Translations under genes and position numbers: made by a program | Shown: positions 21,011 through 30,904 of the stretch, piece after piece | How the letters are laid out: the number at the start of each line of letters is the position of its first letter | How positions within the stretch are numbered: the stretch's first letter is position 1 | Notes under the pieces: generated by a model | The model's database searches: none | Seen by the model: only the letters and a program-made list of their open reading frames with translations | Told to the model about the DNA's origin: nothing | Source of the DNA: Promethearchaeota archaeon | GTDB taxonomy: Archaea > Asgardarchaeota > Heimdallarchaeia > Hodarchaeales > Hodarchaeaceae | DNA length: 64,000 nucleotides | Assembly (NCBI GenBank): GCA_048938105.1 | Contig: JBHLMN010000005.1 | Span: 1-64,000, forward strand | Direction of reading: 5' to 3'

Positions 21011-22939
21011 ATGCGTAAAATGAGAACATATGTACTTCTGACTCTTTTATTTCTCGGTACATTCGTTGTACTCATGACTGTTCCCGTTAGTGCTGCTGAT
21101 ACGGCACCTTGGGAAGGAAAGGGTCGAGAATGGTACTATGATAACCTTGATGACGAAGACCGTCAAAAGATCAGGCAAGCAGTAGATTACTGCATCCCAC
21201 GCCAGACAATCATTGACGGGTTACATCATGGGTTTGCTGCAGCTATTACCTCCCCTATTGGGGTGAACTTCGAAGGTGTATATGAACCAACTATCAAAGC
21301 CAGAGAATACAGTACCTCAAAAGCAGCGGCTCTCCTGAAAGAAGTTTTTGGACTAGAATATAATGAAGACGCGGATGGTACCAATGAAACCCACACAAAC
21401 GTACCTTATTTCAAAATGACCCTCGTAGCACCAACCACCAATACTGCTAGAAGCCAGTGGGCATCGTTGATTTCTTATGCGTTGAACAACGTTGGTATTG
21501 ATACCATCTTAAAGTGGTGGAACTGGAACATCATTATGCCTCGTCTCTTCCTTGATCCAGTCGGTACTGGCTTTGATTATGAGCATGGTGGATACGACAT
21601 GTTCTTCGTTGGCTATGATGCAACACCTGACCCAGCATACAAAGAATATTACGATAAGACTTGTTACCCTCCATCAGCTAATTGCTACTGGATAGAGGAT
21701 GGTGCTCCAACCTCTGGTGACTGGGCAGACAAAGCATATCCGAATGTGACCGCATTGTGGACGGATATTTATGCGGAACCTGATCCAAATGAACGAACCA
21801 AGCTCCTGAAAGAATATCAACAATGGTGCTATGATCAAGTACCTACAGCCATTATTCGACAAGAAATCATGGTTTGGGGTGTCGATGCCGATTTAGAAGG
21901 TTTTGACCTCTTGAATGCGCTTGAACAAAACCTTGGGAACATAACCATCCCTGGTCAAACCTCAGCTGTTATTGCCCAACCTGGAGACTATGTTGACCTT
22001 AATCCACTGCAATCCAACAGTTATTACGACTTTATCATCCTTGATAACCTTTTTGTTGAACTTTCCCGAAGAAGAGGTGAATACAACCTCACACACGCAG
22101 TCCCATGGCTAGCTGAAAAATGGGACCACAGTGAAGACTACTTAGAATGGGTAGTTACGATTAGAGATGGGATTTATTGGACCGATGGTACCCAAGTGAC
22201 TGCTGATGATGTCCTCTTCACCTATCAGGCTTTGTTGAACGAAGATGCAGGATGTCCAGACCGAGGCCTGATCTTAAATATCGTAGGGAACGCTAGTAAT
22301 ATTGAAAAAACTGGTGATATGGAAATCACATTCACACTGCCTGAGTTCTATCCTTACGTAGAAACAATCCTATTCCAAATCGATATTCTACAAAAAGCTC
22401 AAATGGAGAAAGTATCCTTCGCAGAATGGAAAACTGATGATACAAACACCAAGGAACCCCCAATTGGTTGCGGCCAATACATGTTTGATTCCTTCCCAGA
22501 CGCAGATACCATTATTATCAAAGCTAATCCATTGTACGACCCAATCGCTATGGGTCATGATCCTAATATGGTAGGCGGTGGTAACTGGATACCAACTCCT
22601 AGTCTCTCGCCAGTCACTTACAAAGTGGTGAAAGAGGCCACAACTGCTGTTACAGGGCTTAAAGACGGTACCTACGACTTCATTGATTCTCAGATGGGTA
22701 TTCAAGCCCAAGCTGAGGAAATCAACGCCTCTAATTGGGGTAAGATTCTTCGTGGATACGAATGGGGTTATCAAGAGATGGGAATTAACCACATGAACCC
22801 CATCTTCGGTATGAACGCTAAAGATCCACGAGAGATGTACCCAGAAGATTATGCCCAAGCTCCCTTTGATCTCACAGGTGTCTTCTTAGCAATTCTAACG
22901 CTAGCAAGCATTCAAATCATTAGGAGCAAGAAGAAATAA
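21011..22939 (+). CDS. oppA: Family 5 peptide ABC substrate-binding protein, circularly permuted, C-terminal membrane anchor (copy 1)
   Basis: Signal peptide; IRQAVDYCIPR near the N-terminus; PWLAEKW...IRDGIYWTDG...TADDV signature in the middle; C-terminal TM plus RSKKK. Confidence 0.9.
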   Translation: MRKMRTYVLLTLLFLGTFVVLMTVPVSAADTAPWEGKGREWYYDNLDDEDRQKIRQAVDYCIPRQTIIDGLHHGFAAAITSPIGVNFEGVYEPTIKAREYSTSKAAALLKEVFGLEYNEDADGTNETHTNVPYFKMTLVAPTTNTARSQWASLISYALNNVGIDTILKWWNWNIIMPRLFLDPVGTGFDYEHGGYDMFFVGYDATPDPAYKEYYDKTCYPPSANCYWIEDGAPTSGDWADKAYPNVTALWTDIYAEPDPNERTKLLKEYQQWCYDQVPTAIIRQEIMVWGVDADLEGFDLLNALEQNLGNITIPGQTSAVIAQPGDYVDLNPLQSNSYYDFIILDNLFVELSRRRGEYNLTHAVPWLAEKWDHSEDYLEWVVTIRDGIYWTDGTQVTADDVLFTYQALLNEDAGCPDRGLILNIVGNASNIEKTGDMEITFTLPEFYPYVETILFQIDILQKAQMEKVSFAEWKTDDTNTKEPPIGCGQYMFDSFPDADTIIIKANPLYDPIAMGHDPNMVGGGNWIPTPSLSPVTYKVVKEATTAVTGLKDGTYDFIDSQMGIQAQAEEINASNWGKILRGYEWGYQEMGINHMNPIFGMNAKDPREMYPEDYAQAPFDLTGVFLAILTLASIQIIRSKKK

Positions 22940-22967
22940 GCTTTCTTCCCCCCTTTTCTTTTTTTTA
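22455..22967 (+). repeat. 513-bp exact direct repeat, copy 1 (3' end of oppA and terminator)
   Basis: Line-by-line identity with 24795..25307 (offset 2340). Confidence 0.9.
22940..22966 (+). terminator. Pyrimidine/oligo-T archaeal terminator
   Basis: GCTTTCTTCCCCCCTTTTCTTTTTTTT immediately after the stop codon; same sequence after copy 2. Confidence 0.6.
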
Positions 22968-23303
22968 TGAAAGATATACATTATCTATAATTGATTTGAA
23001 AGTAATTTTGCATGTTCCCTTTTACAATCTCAATTTTTTTTTATTTTTCAGTTACATTATATTACCTCTAAAACATGCTTCTTACAAGAATTTTTTATCA
23101 TTTATAGAGATGAAACTTCCTAGAAACTCAAGAACGAAAAATATTATTGTTTATTAACTAAAAACAACATCTTTAATTATACAAAAAGGGGTGAGAAATT
23201 TATTTATAATTTCACATCAAAAATAATCCTCCCTTTCAGCATGATCAGTTGAATTATGATTTTCAGTAATCTTTTTAAAATGATATATCGCGTTAAAATA
23301 CCG

Positions 23304-23323
23304 TTCAAGAGGACAATCTTGAA
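23304..23323. promoter_or_regulatory. Palindrome upstream of oppA copy 2
   Basis: TTCAAGA-ggacaa-TCTTGAA: arms conserved with copy 1 while the spacer differs. Confidence 0.5.
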
Positions 23324-23350
23324 TTCCTATAAAAGGATGCGAAATAAAAA

Positions 23351-25279
23351 ATGCGTAAAAAAAGAACATATGTACTTCTGACTCTTTTATTTCTTGGTAC
23401 GGTCGCGGTACTCGTGACTGTTCCCGTTAGTGCTGCTGACACGGCACCTTGGGAAGATAAGGGTCGAGAATGGTACTATGACAACCTTGATGACGAAGAC
23501 CGTCAAAAGATCAGGCAAGCAGTAGACTACTGCATCCCACGCCAGACAATCATTGACGGGTTACATCATGGATTTGCTGTAGCTATTACCTCCCCCATCG
23601 GGGTGAACTTCGAAGGTGTATATGAACCAAAAATAGCAGCCAGAGAATACAGTACCTCAAAAGCAGCGGCTCTCCTGAAAGAAGTTTTCGAACTAGAATA
23701 TAATGAAGGCGCTGATGGTACCAATGCAACCCACACAGATCAACCCTATTTCAAAATGACCCTCGTAGCACCAACCACCAACACAGCTAGAAGCCAGTGG
23801 GCATCTCTGATCTCCTATTCACTGAACAACGTTGGTATTGATACCATCTTAAAGTGGTGGAACTGGAACATCATTATGCCTCGTCTCTTCCTTGATCCAG
23901 TCGGTACTGGCTTTGATTATGAGCATGGTGGATACGACATGTTCTTCGTTGGTTATGATGCTTCCCCTGACCCAACGTACAAAGAATATTACGATAAGAC
24001 TTGCTACCCTCCATCAAGTAATTGCTACTGGATAGAGGATGGTGCTCCAACCTCTGGTAAGTGGGCAGACAAAAAATACGAGAACGTTACTGCATTATGG
24101 ACGGATATTTATTCGGAACCTGACGCTGCGGAACGAGTTAAACTCCTGAAAGAATATCAGCAATGGTGTTATGATTGGGTGCCTACAGCAATCATTCGAC
24201 AGGAAATAATGGTTTTTGGTGTGGATATCAATACTCAAGGTTTCGATATGCTACATGGATTTGAAACAAACCTTGGAAACGTAACCATACCTGGTCAAAC
24301 CTCAGCTGTTGTTGCCCAACCTGGAGACTATGTTGATCTTAATCCAGTCCTATCCAACAGTTATTACGACTTTATCATCATTGATAACATCTTCTGTGAG
24401 CTCTCCAGAAGAAGAGGTGATTACAACCTCACTCACGCAGTCCCATGGCTAGCTGAAAAATGGACACACAGTGATGACTACTTAGAATGGGTAGTTACAA
24501 TTAGAGATGGAATTAAATGGAGCGATGGCACCGATGTGACCGCTGATGACGTCTACTTCACCTATCAAGCTGTTTGTAACGAAGATGTCGGATCTCCAGG
24601 CCGAGGTACATTACTCAATATCGTGGGTAATGCTAGTAATATTGAAAAAACTGGTGATATGGAAATCACATTCACCTTGCCTGAGTTCTATCCCTACGTA
24701 GAAACTGTCTTATTCCAGCAGGATATTTTGCAAAAAGCTCAAATGGAGAAAATAGCCTACGCGGAATGGAAGACTGACGACACCAACACCAAGAAACCCC
24801 CAATTGGTTGCGGCCAATACATGTTTGATTCCTTCCCAGACGCAGATACCATTATTATCAAAGCTAATCCATTGTACGACCCAATCGCTATGGGTCATGA
24901 TCCTAATATGGTAGGCGGTGGTAACTGGATACCAACTCCTAGTCTCTCGCCAGTCACTTACAAAGTGGTGAAAGAGGCCACAACTGCTGTTACAGGGCTT
25001 AAAGACGGTACCTACGACTTCATTGATTCTCAGATGGGTATTCAAGCCCAAGCTGAGGAAATCAACGCCTCTAATTGGGGTAAGATTCTTCGTGGATACG
25101 AATGGGGTTATCAAGAGATGGGAATTAACCACATGAACCCCATCTTCGGTATGAACGCTAAAGATCCACGAGAGATGTACCCAGAAGATTATGCCCAAGC
25201 TCCCTTTGATCTCACAGGTGTCTTCTTAGCAATTCTAACGCTAGCAAGCATTCAAATCATTAGGAGCAAGAAGAAATAA
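23351..25279 (+). CDS. oppA: Family 5 peptide ABC substrate-binding protein, circularly permuted (copy 2)
   Basis: Same length (642 aa) and architecture as copy 1, colinear. Confidence 0.9.
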   Translation: MRKKRTYVLLTLLFLGTVAVLVTVPVSAADTAPWEDKGREWYYDNLDDEDRQKIRQAVDYCIPRQTIIDGLHHGFAVAITSPIGVNFEGVYEPKIAAREYSTSKAAALLKEVFELEYNEGADGTNATHTDQPYFKMTLVAPTTNTARSQWASLISYSLNNVGIDTILKWWNWNIIMPRLFLDPVGTGFDYEHGGYDMFFVGYDASPDPTYKEYYDKTCYPPSSNCYWIEDGAPTSGKWADKKYENVTALWTDIYSEPDAAERVKLLKEYQQWCYDWVPTAIIRQEIMVFGVDINTQGFDMLHGFETNLGNVTIPGQTSAVVAQPGDYVDLNPVLSNSYYDFIIIDNIFCELSRRRGDYNLTHAVPWLAEKWTHSDDYLEWVVTIRDGIKWSDGTDVTADDVYFTYQAVCNEDVGSPGRGTLLNIVGNASNIEKTGDMEITFTLPEFYPYVETVLFQQDILQKAQMEKIAYAEWKTDDTNTKKPPIGCGQYMFDSFPDADTIIIKANPLYDPIAMGHDPNMVGGGNWIPTPSLSPVTYKVVKEATTAVTGLKDGTYDFIDSQMGIQAQAEEINASNWGKILRGYEWGYQEMGINHMNPIFGMNAKDPREMYPEDYAQAPFDLTGVFLAILTLASIQIIRSKKK

Positions 25280-25307
25280 GCTTTCTTCCCCCCTTTTCTT
25301 TTTTTTA
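24795..25307 (+). repeat. 513-bp exact direct repeat, copy 2
   Basis: Identical to 22455..22967. Confidence 0.9.
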
Positions 25308-25535
25308 GATATATTACATAATAAGTAAGAATCAACACGTCATTTCTTTTTCTATCAACGAATTCATTTATTTAGAGTATTAACGGCCTTTCAAGTAGAA
25401 AAATAAGATAAGGTATGTTAATTTATCGCATGTTTTAACTCAAAGATAATTCTCCCTTTCAAAATATCCAAAAAAAATTTGAAAGAGACGAAAAATATTG
25501 GTTCAGATTAGCAATATGCTTTAGAGGCCTGTGTT

Positions 25536-26819
25536 ATGAATAGTTTAAGAACAAAATTGCGAATATCAGATCAGAATCTGAAAGAAATCAATGACTTCTT
25601 ATTGAATGAGGATAATCCGCTGATCAATGATCTTTTAGAACTTATAGAGAAGTATGGCGGGATTAATGATATTAATCTCAAAGCTGAAGAAGCTAGAGAA
25701 CTGGATAACATTCTAACTAAACTAGAGACGAAAAAGCCCGAATATGTAAAAGATCTTGAATGGTTATTTGCTCAACGGGATCAGAGAGCATTCATTAGTA
25801 TTAATGATTATCGTCGGAAAATATTAGGTGATGATGTTGGGAAATTTAGCTTTGACGATTCTTTTGCTGTAACGTTAGAACTTTCAGCATGCCAATATTT
25901 TCCTTTCTTGATCGAAGGTGCACAATATGCAATCACAAATCAGGAATTAATGCCTGGACGGATCATTCGAGTCAGGAGAATGAAAGAACAAGAAGAAGAT
26001 GGAGATTTATTGGCAATGGCTGCAGCAATGCAGATTATTGGTGCAACTTATGTTGAAACCTTAGATACTAAGGGAACAGCCCCAGGCCCCGATGGAAATC
26101 CTGTTAATGTTCATCTAGGAGGTCCAGAAACTATCACAGGTTATTTTGGTGGTGTAGGCCAACCTAATGATTTTGCTCTTAAATGGGTAGATGAATACCT
26201 GTATTATTATACTAATTATGGGGTTGAGCAAGTTCTTAATGTTAATCCTGGTACCGTTCTTCTAGGTTACTTCCTCTATAAATTGGGGATCAAGAATGAA
26301 TTCAAGATATCAGTTTACATGGGTAATGATAACCCATATGCTTGTCTCTGGACACTTCTCACAGCCAAATTATTTGCACGTGAGGATGGTACTAGCCCAT
26401 TAATTGGATATAATCTCGCTAATTCAGTGAATAATCAAACGATTGAGTTAAGCGGCTATATTCGAAACGAATTCGGTTTTGAAGACGTTGTTCGTTTAGA
26501 ACATCATGTGATTGAAACTCAAAAGAGTATTGTGAGGCAACCCTATGATCGTCGTCAAGAATTAGTTGAGCTAGCGCCAAAAGTTAAGAATATAAGTGCA
26601 AAACACGAGGGTGGGGATGTTGAAGTAGATAGTAAGCGAGATCATCCTACAGACATTTTAGATTATTTTCGTGCCAAAGAAGATATAATAAACTCTAATC
26701 AATGGGATGCAATGCGGATTAACTATCTAGATAGGCAAGGTGCCATCAATACCACTGCACGTATTCTTACCGAGAATGGTATTTCTATTATTGCAGCACG
26801 TAATCTTCATCACCGTTGA
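25536..26819 (+). CDS. Conserved-looking hypothetical enzyme (unknown function)
   Basis: 427 aa; Gly-rich motif-like block ETLDTKGT...NVHLGGPETITGYFGGVGQPN, plus RLEHH and KHEGG; first gene of a tightly packed operon. Confidence 0.8.
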   Translation: MNSLRTKLRISDQNLKEINDFLLNEDNPLINDLLELIEKYGGINDINLKAEEARELDNILTKLETKKPEYVKDLEWLFAQRDQRAFISINDYRRKILGDDVGKFSFDDSFAVTLELSACQYFPFLIEGAQYAITNQELMPGRIIRVRRMKEQEEDGDLLAMAAAMQIIGATYVETLDTKGTAPGPDGNPVNVHLGGPETITGYFGGVGQPNDFALKWVDEYLYYYTNYGVEQVLNVNPGTVLLGYFLYKLGIKNEFKISVYMGNDNPYACLWTLLTAKLFAREDGTSPLIGYNLANSVNNQTIELSGYIRNEFGFEDVVRLEHHVIETQKSIVRQPYDRRQELVELAPKVKNISAKHEGGDVEVDSKRDHPTDILDYFRAKEDIINSNQWDAMRINYLDRQGAINTTARILTENGISIIAARNLHHR

Positions 26820-27989
26820 GTGAAAATCATGCTTAATTTTGAGGGTTTACGTACAGGAGCGGGTATTTTTGATGTTTTATCCCGAGCACAAGCACTTGAA
26901 CGTCAGGGTAAGCAGATTCTACATTTTGAAATAGGACAACCCGATTTTAATACTCCTGAAGTTGTGAAAAATGCAGCAAAAAAGGCACTGGATGAGAATT
27001 TCACTGGATATGTTGCAGCTCAAGGAGTTCTTGAATTAAGGGAAGCCATTCAAGATGAAATAGAAGTAACTCGAGGATTTCGCCCATCTTTAAATCAGAT
27101 CCTCATTGTACCAGGAGGAAACTCTGCCATTTACTATATGATTCGTGCTGCATGTGAAAATCCTCTCAATGAGGAAATAATCCATCCTAATCCTGGGTTC
27201 CCGACATACAGAGCAGTTGTTCATTATTTAAATGCGGGTAATGTCTCACTTCCACTTAAGGAAGAAAATGAGTTTCGCTTGAATCCCTCTGATGTAGAAA
27301 CAAATATTTCATCCAGAACCAGAGTTATTGTCTTAAATAGTCCACAAAATCCGACAGGTTCAGTAATGAAGAAGGAGGAGATCGTTCAAATTGCTGAGCT
27401 CGCAGAAGAGAACGATTTCTACCTTTTCTCTGACGAAATTTACTCTAAAATGACTTATGATGAGAAGTTTTACTCCTGTTCTGAACGTGATGAATGTAAA
27501 GAAAGAACCGTCATATTGGACGGTTTCTCTAAAGCTTATTCAATGACTGGGTGGAGACTGGGATATGTGATTGGTCCTGAAAAAATAATAGATCGAATGG
27601 GGCTTTTAATTTCAATGACTGTCTCTTGTGTGAATGCTTTTATCCAAAAAGCAGGAGTTGCAGCTTTAACAATGAAAGAACCGCAAGAGGAACTAAGGAG
27701 GAATATGAAGGCGTTTCGTAAAAGACGAGATGCTATAGTTAAAGGATTGAATTCTATCTCTGGGTTCTCCTGCTTAAAACCTCAAGGTGCATTTTATGTG
27801 TTTCCCAACATAAAAGGAACTGGAAAAACATCTAAAGAATTAGCAGATACGCTTTTAGAAGAGAATGGGGTTGCATGTCTTCCAGGAACTGTTTTTGGAG
27901 ACGCAGGAGAAGGATATCTAAGATTTTCTTATGCAACCTCTGTTGACGTTATTAATGAAGCAGTTGAAAACGTTAGAAAATCATTCTGA
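26820..27989 (+). CDS. PLP-dependent class I/II (aspartate-type) aminotransferase
   Basis: EIGQPDF, NSPQNPTG, SDEIY, FSKAYSMTGWRLG (PLP lysine), GYLRFSY; likely start ATG 26829. Confidence 0.92.
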   Translation: MKIMLNFEGLRTGAGIFDVLSRAQALERQGKQILHFEIGQPDFNTPEVVKNAAKKALDENFTGYVAAQGVLELREAIQDEIEVTRGFRPSLNQILIVPGGNSAIYYMIRAACENPLNEEIIHPNPGFPTYRAVVHYLNAGNVSLPLKEENEFRLNPSDVETNISSRTRVIVLNSPQNPTGSVMKKEEIVQIAELAEENDFYLFSDEIYSKMTYDEKFYSCSERDECKERTVILDGFSKAYSMTGWRLGYVIGPEKIIDRMGLLISMTVSCVNAFIQKAGVAALTMKEPQEELRRNMKAFRKRRDAIVKGLNSISGFSCLKPQGAFYVFPNIKGTGKTSKELADTLLEENGVACLPGTVFGDAGEGYLRFSYATSVDVINEAVENVRKSF

Positions 27990-28002
27990 AGAAGGTGGTA
28001 AT

Positions 28003-29040
28003 ATGATAACTAGAATTGCATTTATTGGTTTTGGAGTAGTTGGCCAAGGCCTTGCAGAAATACTTTTAGAACAGAAAACAGATTTAAAAGACCAGTTTGG
28101 TTTTGAATATGAAGTTGTTGCTGTAGCTGACAAAATGAAAGGTTCAGTTTATGCAGAAAATGGATTAGATCTTCAAAAGCTATTAGATTTAGTAAAATCT
28201 ACAGGTAAGATTGATGATTATCCAGAGGGGATTAAGGGATGGGATAGCTTAAAAACAATAACAGAAACAAACTCTAATCTCATTATTGAAGTATCTTGGA
28301 CAGACATAAACACAGGGGAACCCGCCATATCTCATATTAAGACTGCCATAGGATGTCACAAACATGTCGTTATGACAAATAAAGGTCCAATTGCATTAGC
28401 CGCACGTGAATTGCTTTTGATGGCAAAAACAAATGGTGTTGAGATGAGATTTGAGGGTACCGTTCTAAGTGGGACTCCAGCCTTGAACTTAGGAGTGTAT
28501 AATCTTGCAAGCTCGAAAATAACTAAGATAGCAGGGATTGTTAATGGAACAACTAATTATATTTTGACAGAGATGGAAAAGGGTTTAAGTTATGAGGTTG
28601 CTTTAAAACAAGCACAAGACCTTGGTTATGCTGAGGCTGATCCTACTGCTGATGTTGAGGGTTATGATGCCTTGGGAAAAATAGTGATTCTAACTAATGT
28701 TGTTATGGGAGGGAATATCACTAAAGATCAAGTTCCATGTCAGGGGATTACTAAGATTAGTTCTCAGGACATTATTGAGGCAAAAAAAGAAGAAAAGCGC
28801 TGGAAGCTTATTGCAGGAGCAGAAGTAAAAGATGATAGATCTATTGAAGCGTATGTTAGACCAGAAAAAATCCCCTTAAATCATCCTCTTGCTTCAGTAA
28901 GTGGCCCGATAAATGCTTTGACATACACGACAAAATATCTAGGTGAAGTAACAATAATTGGGCCTGGTGCTGGTCGGGAAGCAACAGGTTATGCATTATT
29001 AACCGATATTTTAGATATTCATCGAAAGATCTCCAGATAA
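28003..29040 (+). CDS. hom: Homoserine dehydrogenase (no ACT domain)
   Basis: GFGVVG, VVMTNKGP, FEGTV, GIVNGTTNYIL, GYAEADPTADVEGYD, GPGAG. Start placed at ATG 28003 after GAAGGTGG. Confidence 0.93.
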   Translation: MITRIAFIGFGVVGQGLAEILLEQKTDLKDQFGFEYEVVAVADKMKGSVYAENGLDLQKLLDLVKSTGKIDDYPEGIKGWDSLKTITETNSNLIIEVSWTDINTGEPAISHIKTAIGCHKHVVMTNKGPIALAARELLLMAKTNGVEMRFEGTVLSGTPALNLGVYNLASSKITKIAGIVNGTTNYILTEMEKGLSYEVALKQAQDLGYAEADPTADVEGYDALGKIVILTNVVMGGNITKDQVPCQGITKISSQDIIEAKKEEKRWKLIAGAEVKDDRSIEAYVRPEKIPLNHPLASVSGPINALTYTTKYLGEVTIIGPGAGREATGYALLTDILDIHRKISR

Positions 29041-29066
29041 TTAATCTGTTAATTTTGGGATGCTAA

Positions 29067-30857
29067 ATGGGATACATGGGAAACTATTTAGACGTTAACC
29101 TCTCCACAGGAAAAATAATTGAATCTTCATTAAACAGAACCCTTGCAGAACAGTTTATAGGCGGAAAAGGTCTTGGTGCCAAAATCCTTTATGATACATT
29201 AAAACCAAGGGTAAATCCATTAAATCCTGATAATATATTACTGTTCATGACAGGACCTTTATCTGGAACCTCTGTTCAGACATCTGGACGATGGTGTATA
29301 GTTACAAAATCACCTCATACGGGTATCTATCTTGATAGCCAAATCGGAGGAAAATTTGGCCACCGTTTAAAAAGAGCTGGATTTGATTTTATCATTTTTA
29401 GGGGAAAAGCTGACTCCCCAAGTTATTTAGCAGTATCCTCAGAACAAGTTGAAATTCGCCCTGCAAACGAACTCTGGGGTAAAGGAACATATGAAGTAGA
29501 AAGAATCTTAAGAAAACGACACGATGGATCAGAGGTTTGTACTATAGGCCCTGCGGGGGAGAATCTCGTGACATTTGCTAGTATTATGACTGATCGAACT
29601 CATATGGCTGGAAGAGGTGGGGTAGGAGCTGTGATGGGATCCAAGAATCTCAAAGCAGTTGTGGCAGGAGGATCACAAAAGATTGAAGCCTTGAACCCAG
29701 ACAGATTCAAGGAATTAACTAGAGCGTTTAGGAAGAAAGTACGTGAGAATCCCGGAGTTAAACGTCGCCACGAGATCGGAACAGTTATGTGGGTCAAGAT
29801 GGCTAACGATGCAGGTTTCCTGCCAACAAGAAACTTTCAATCAGGGGTGTTTGAGAATGCTGAAGCAATCTCTGGGGAGAGAATGCGTGATGAATTTGTG
29901 ATCGGTCATACTGCCTGTTATGGGTGTTTGATAGCCTGTGGGAAAACAACCCGTTTTGATGAAGGTAAATATGCTGGCTTAGAAGTTGATGGTCCTGAAT
30001 ATGAAACAAGTGCATTATTAGGGGCAAGTTGTGGTATTGGTGATCTAGGGGCGATTGCAAAATCAAATCAGATCTGTGATAACCTTGGAATTGATACAAT
30101 TACAGCAGGTGGCACAATTGCTTTTGCGATGGAATGTAGTGAGAAAGGAATATTAGATCAAAAGGATGTTGAGAACTTAGAATTCGGTAACGCAGATGCT
30201 CAACATAAGATGTTACATTTAATTGCAGAACGAAAAGGAATTGGAGAGCTTTTTGCTAAGGGTTCATTAGTTGCTGCGAAAAAAATAGGTCAGAATAGCG
30301 CTGATTTTGCGATTCAAGTGAAAAATTTAGAACTGGCTGGTGTTGAACCTCGGGGGTCCTTTGGGATGGCATTAGCATATGCAACGTCAGATCGTGGAGG
30401 TTGTCATCAACGATGCTGGACACCTGGCGCTGAACTTTCTGGTATATTAACCCGATTTAGTATGAAAGGAGTACCTAAATTTGTTAAAGAATCACAAGAT
30501 GAGAGAGCTGCATGTTTCTCATTAGTTCTCTGTGATTTCTTACCGTTTGATATAGATGAAATGGTTGAAATGCTAAACATTGCAACAGGATTTTCCTACA
30601 CCCCAGAAAGTTACTTGATGACTGGTGAACGGATATGGAACATTATCCGATTATTTAATACACGTGAAGGAATGACTACTTTTAATGATGTATTACCAGC
30701 CCGTTTTTATCAAGATGAGGCACCTGAGGGGGAACCAAGAGGGAAAAGAATTAATTTAGAGGATTTTGAGAGAGCTAAAGCTGAATATTATGGATTGAGG
30801 GGATGGGATAGAGAGGGAATTCCCACAAAAGAGAAATTAGCAACTCTTGATCTTTAA
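29067..30857 (+). CDS. aor: Tungsten aldehyde:ferredoxin oxidoreductase family protein
   Basis: GGKGLG, IGPAGEN, AGRGGVGAVMGSKNLKA, CYGCLIAC Fe-S motif, GPEYET, DRGGCH, YYGLRGW. Confidence 0.92.
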   Translation: MGYMGNYLDVNLSTGKIIESSLNRTLAEQFIGGKGLGAKILYDTLKPRVNPLNPDNILLFMTGPLSGTSVQTSGRWCIVTKSPHTGIYLDSQIGGKFGHRLKRAGFDFIIFRGKADSPSYLAVSSEQVEIRPANELWGKGTYEVERILRKRHDGSEVCTIGPAGENLVTFASIMTDRTHMAGRGGVGAVMGSKNLKAVVAGGSQKIEALNPDRFKELTRAFRKKVRENPGVKRRHEIGTVMWVKMANDAGFLPTRNFQSGVFENAEAISGERMRDEFVIGHTACYGCLIACGKTTRFDEGKYAGLEVDGPEYETSALLGASCGIGDLGAIAKSNQICDNLGIDTITAGGTIAFAMECSEKGILDQKDVENLEFGNADAQHKMLHLIAERKGIGELFAKGSLVAAKKIGQNSADFAIQVKNLELAGVEPRGSFGMALAYATSDRGGCHQRCWTPGAELSGILTRFSMKGVPKFVKESQDERAACFSLVLCDFLPFDIDEMVEMLNIATGFSYTPESYLMTGERIWNIIRLFNTREGMTTFNDVLPARFYQDEAPEGEPRGKRINLEDFERAKAEYYGLRGWDREGIPTKEKLATLDL

Positions 30858-30904
30858 ACATATTTTTTTCTTTATATTTGTACAAAAAAAAATGGTAACG
30901 AAAA

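Noticed and set aside
22388-25198. Duplicated antisense ORFs (22388..22858, 24710..25198)
   Set aside because: Shadows of oppA codon usage; their identity just reflects the repeat.
27931-28002. N-terminal extension of hom in the ORF track
   Set aside because: It overlaps the aminotransferase; ATG 28003 has a good SD and matches the Rossmann-fold start.
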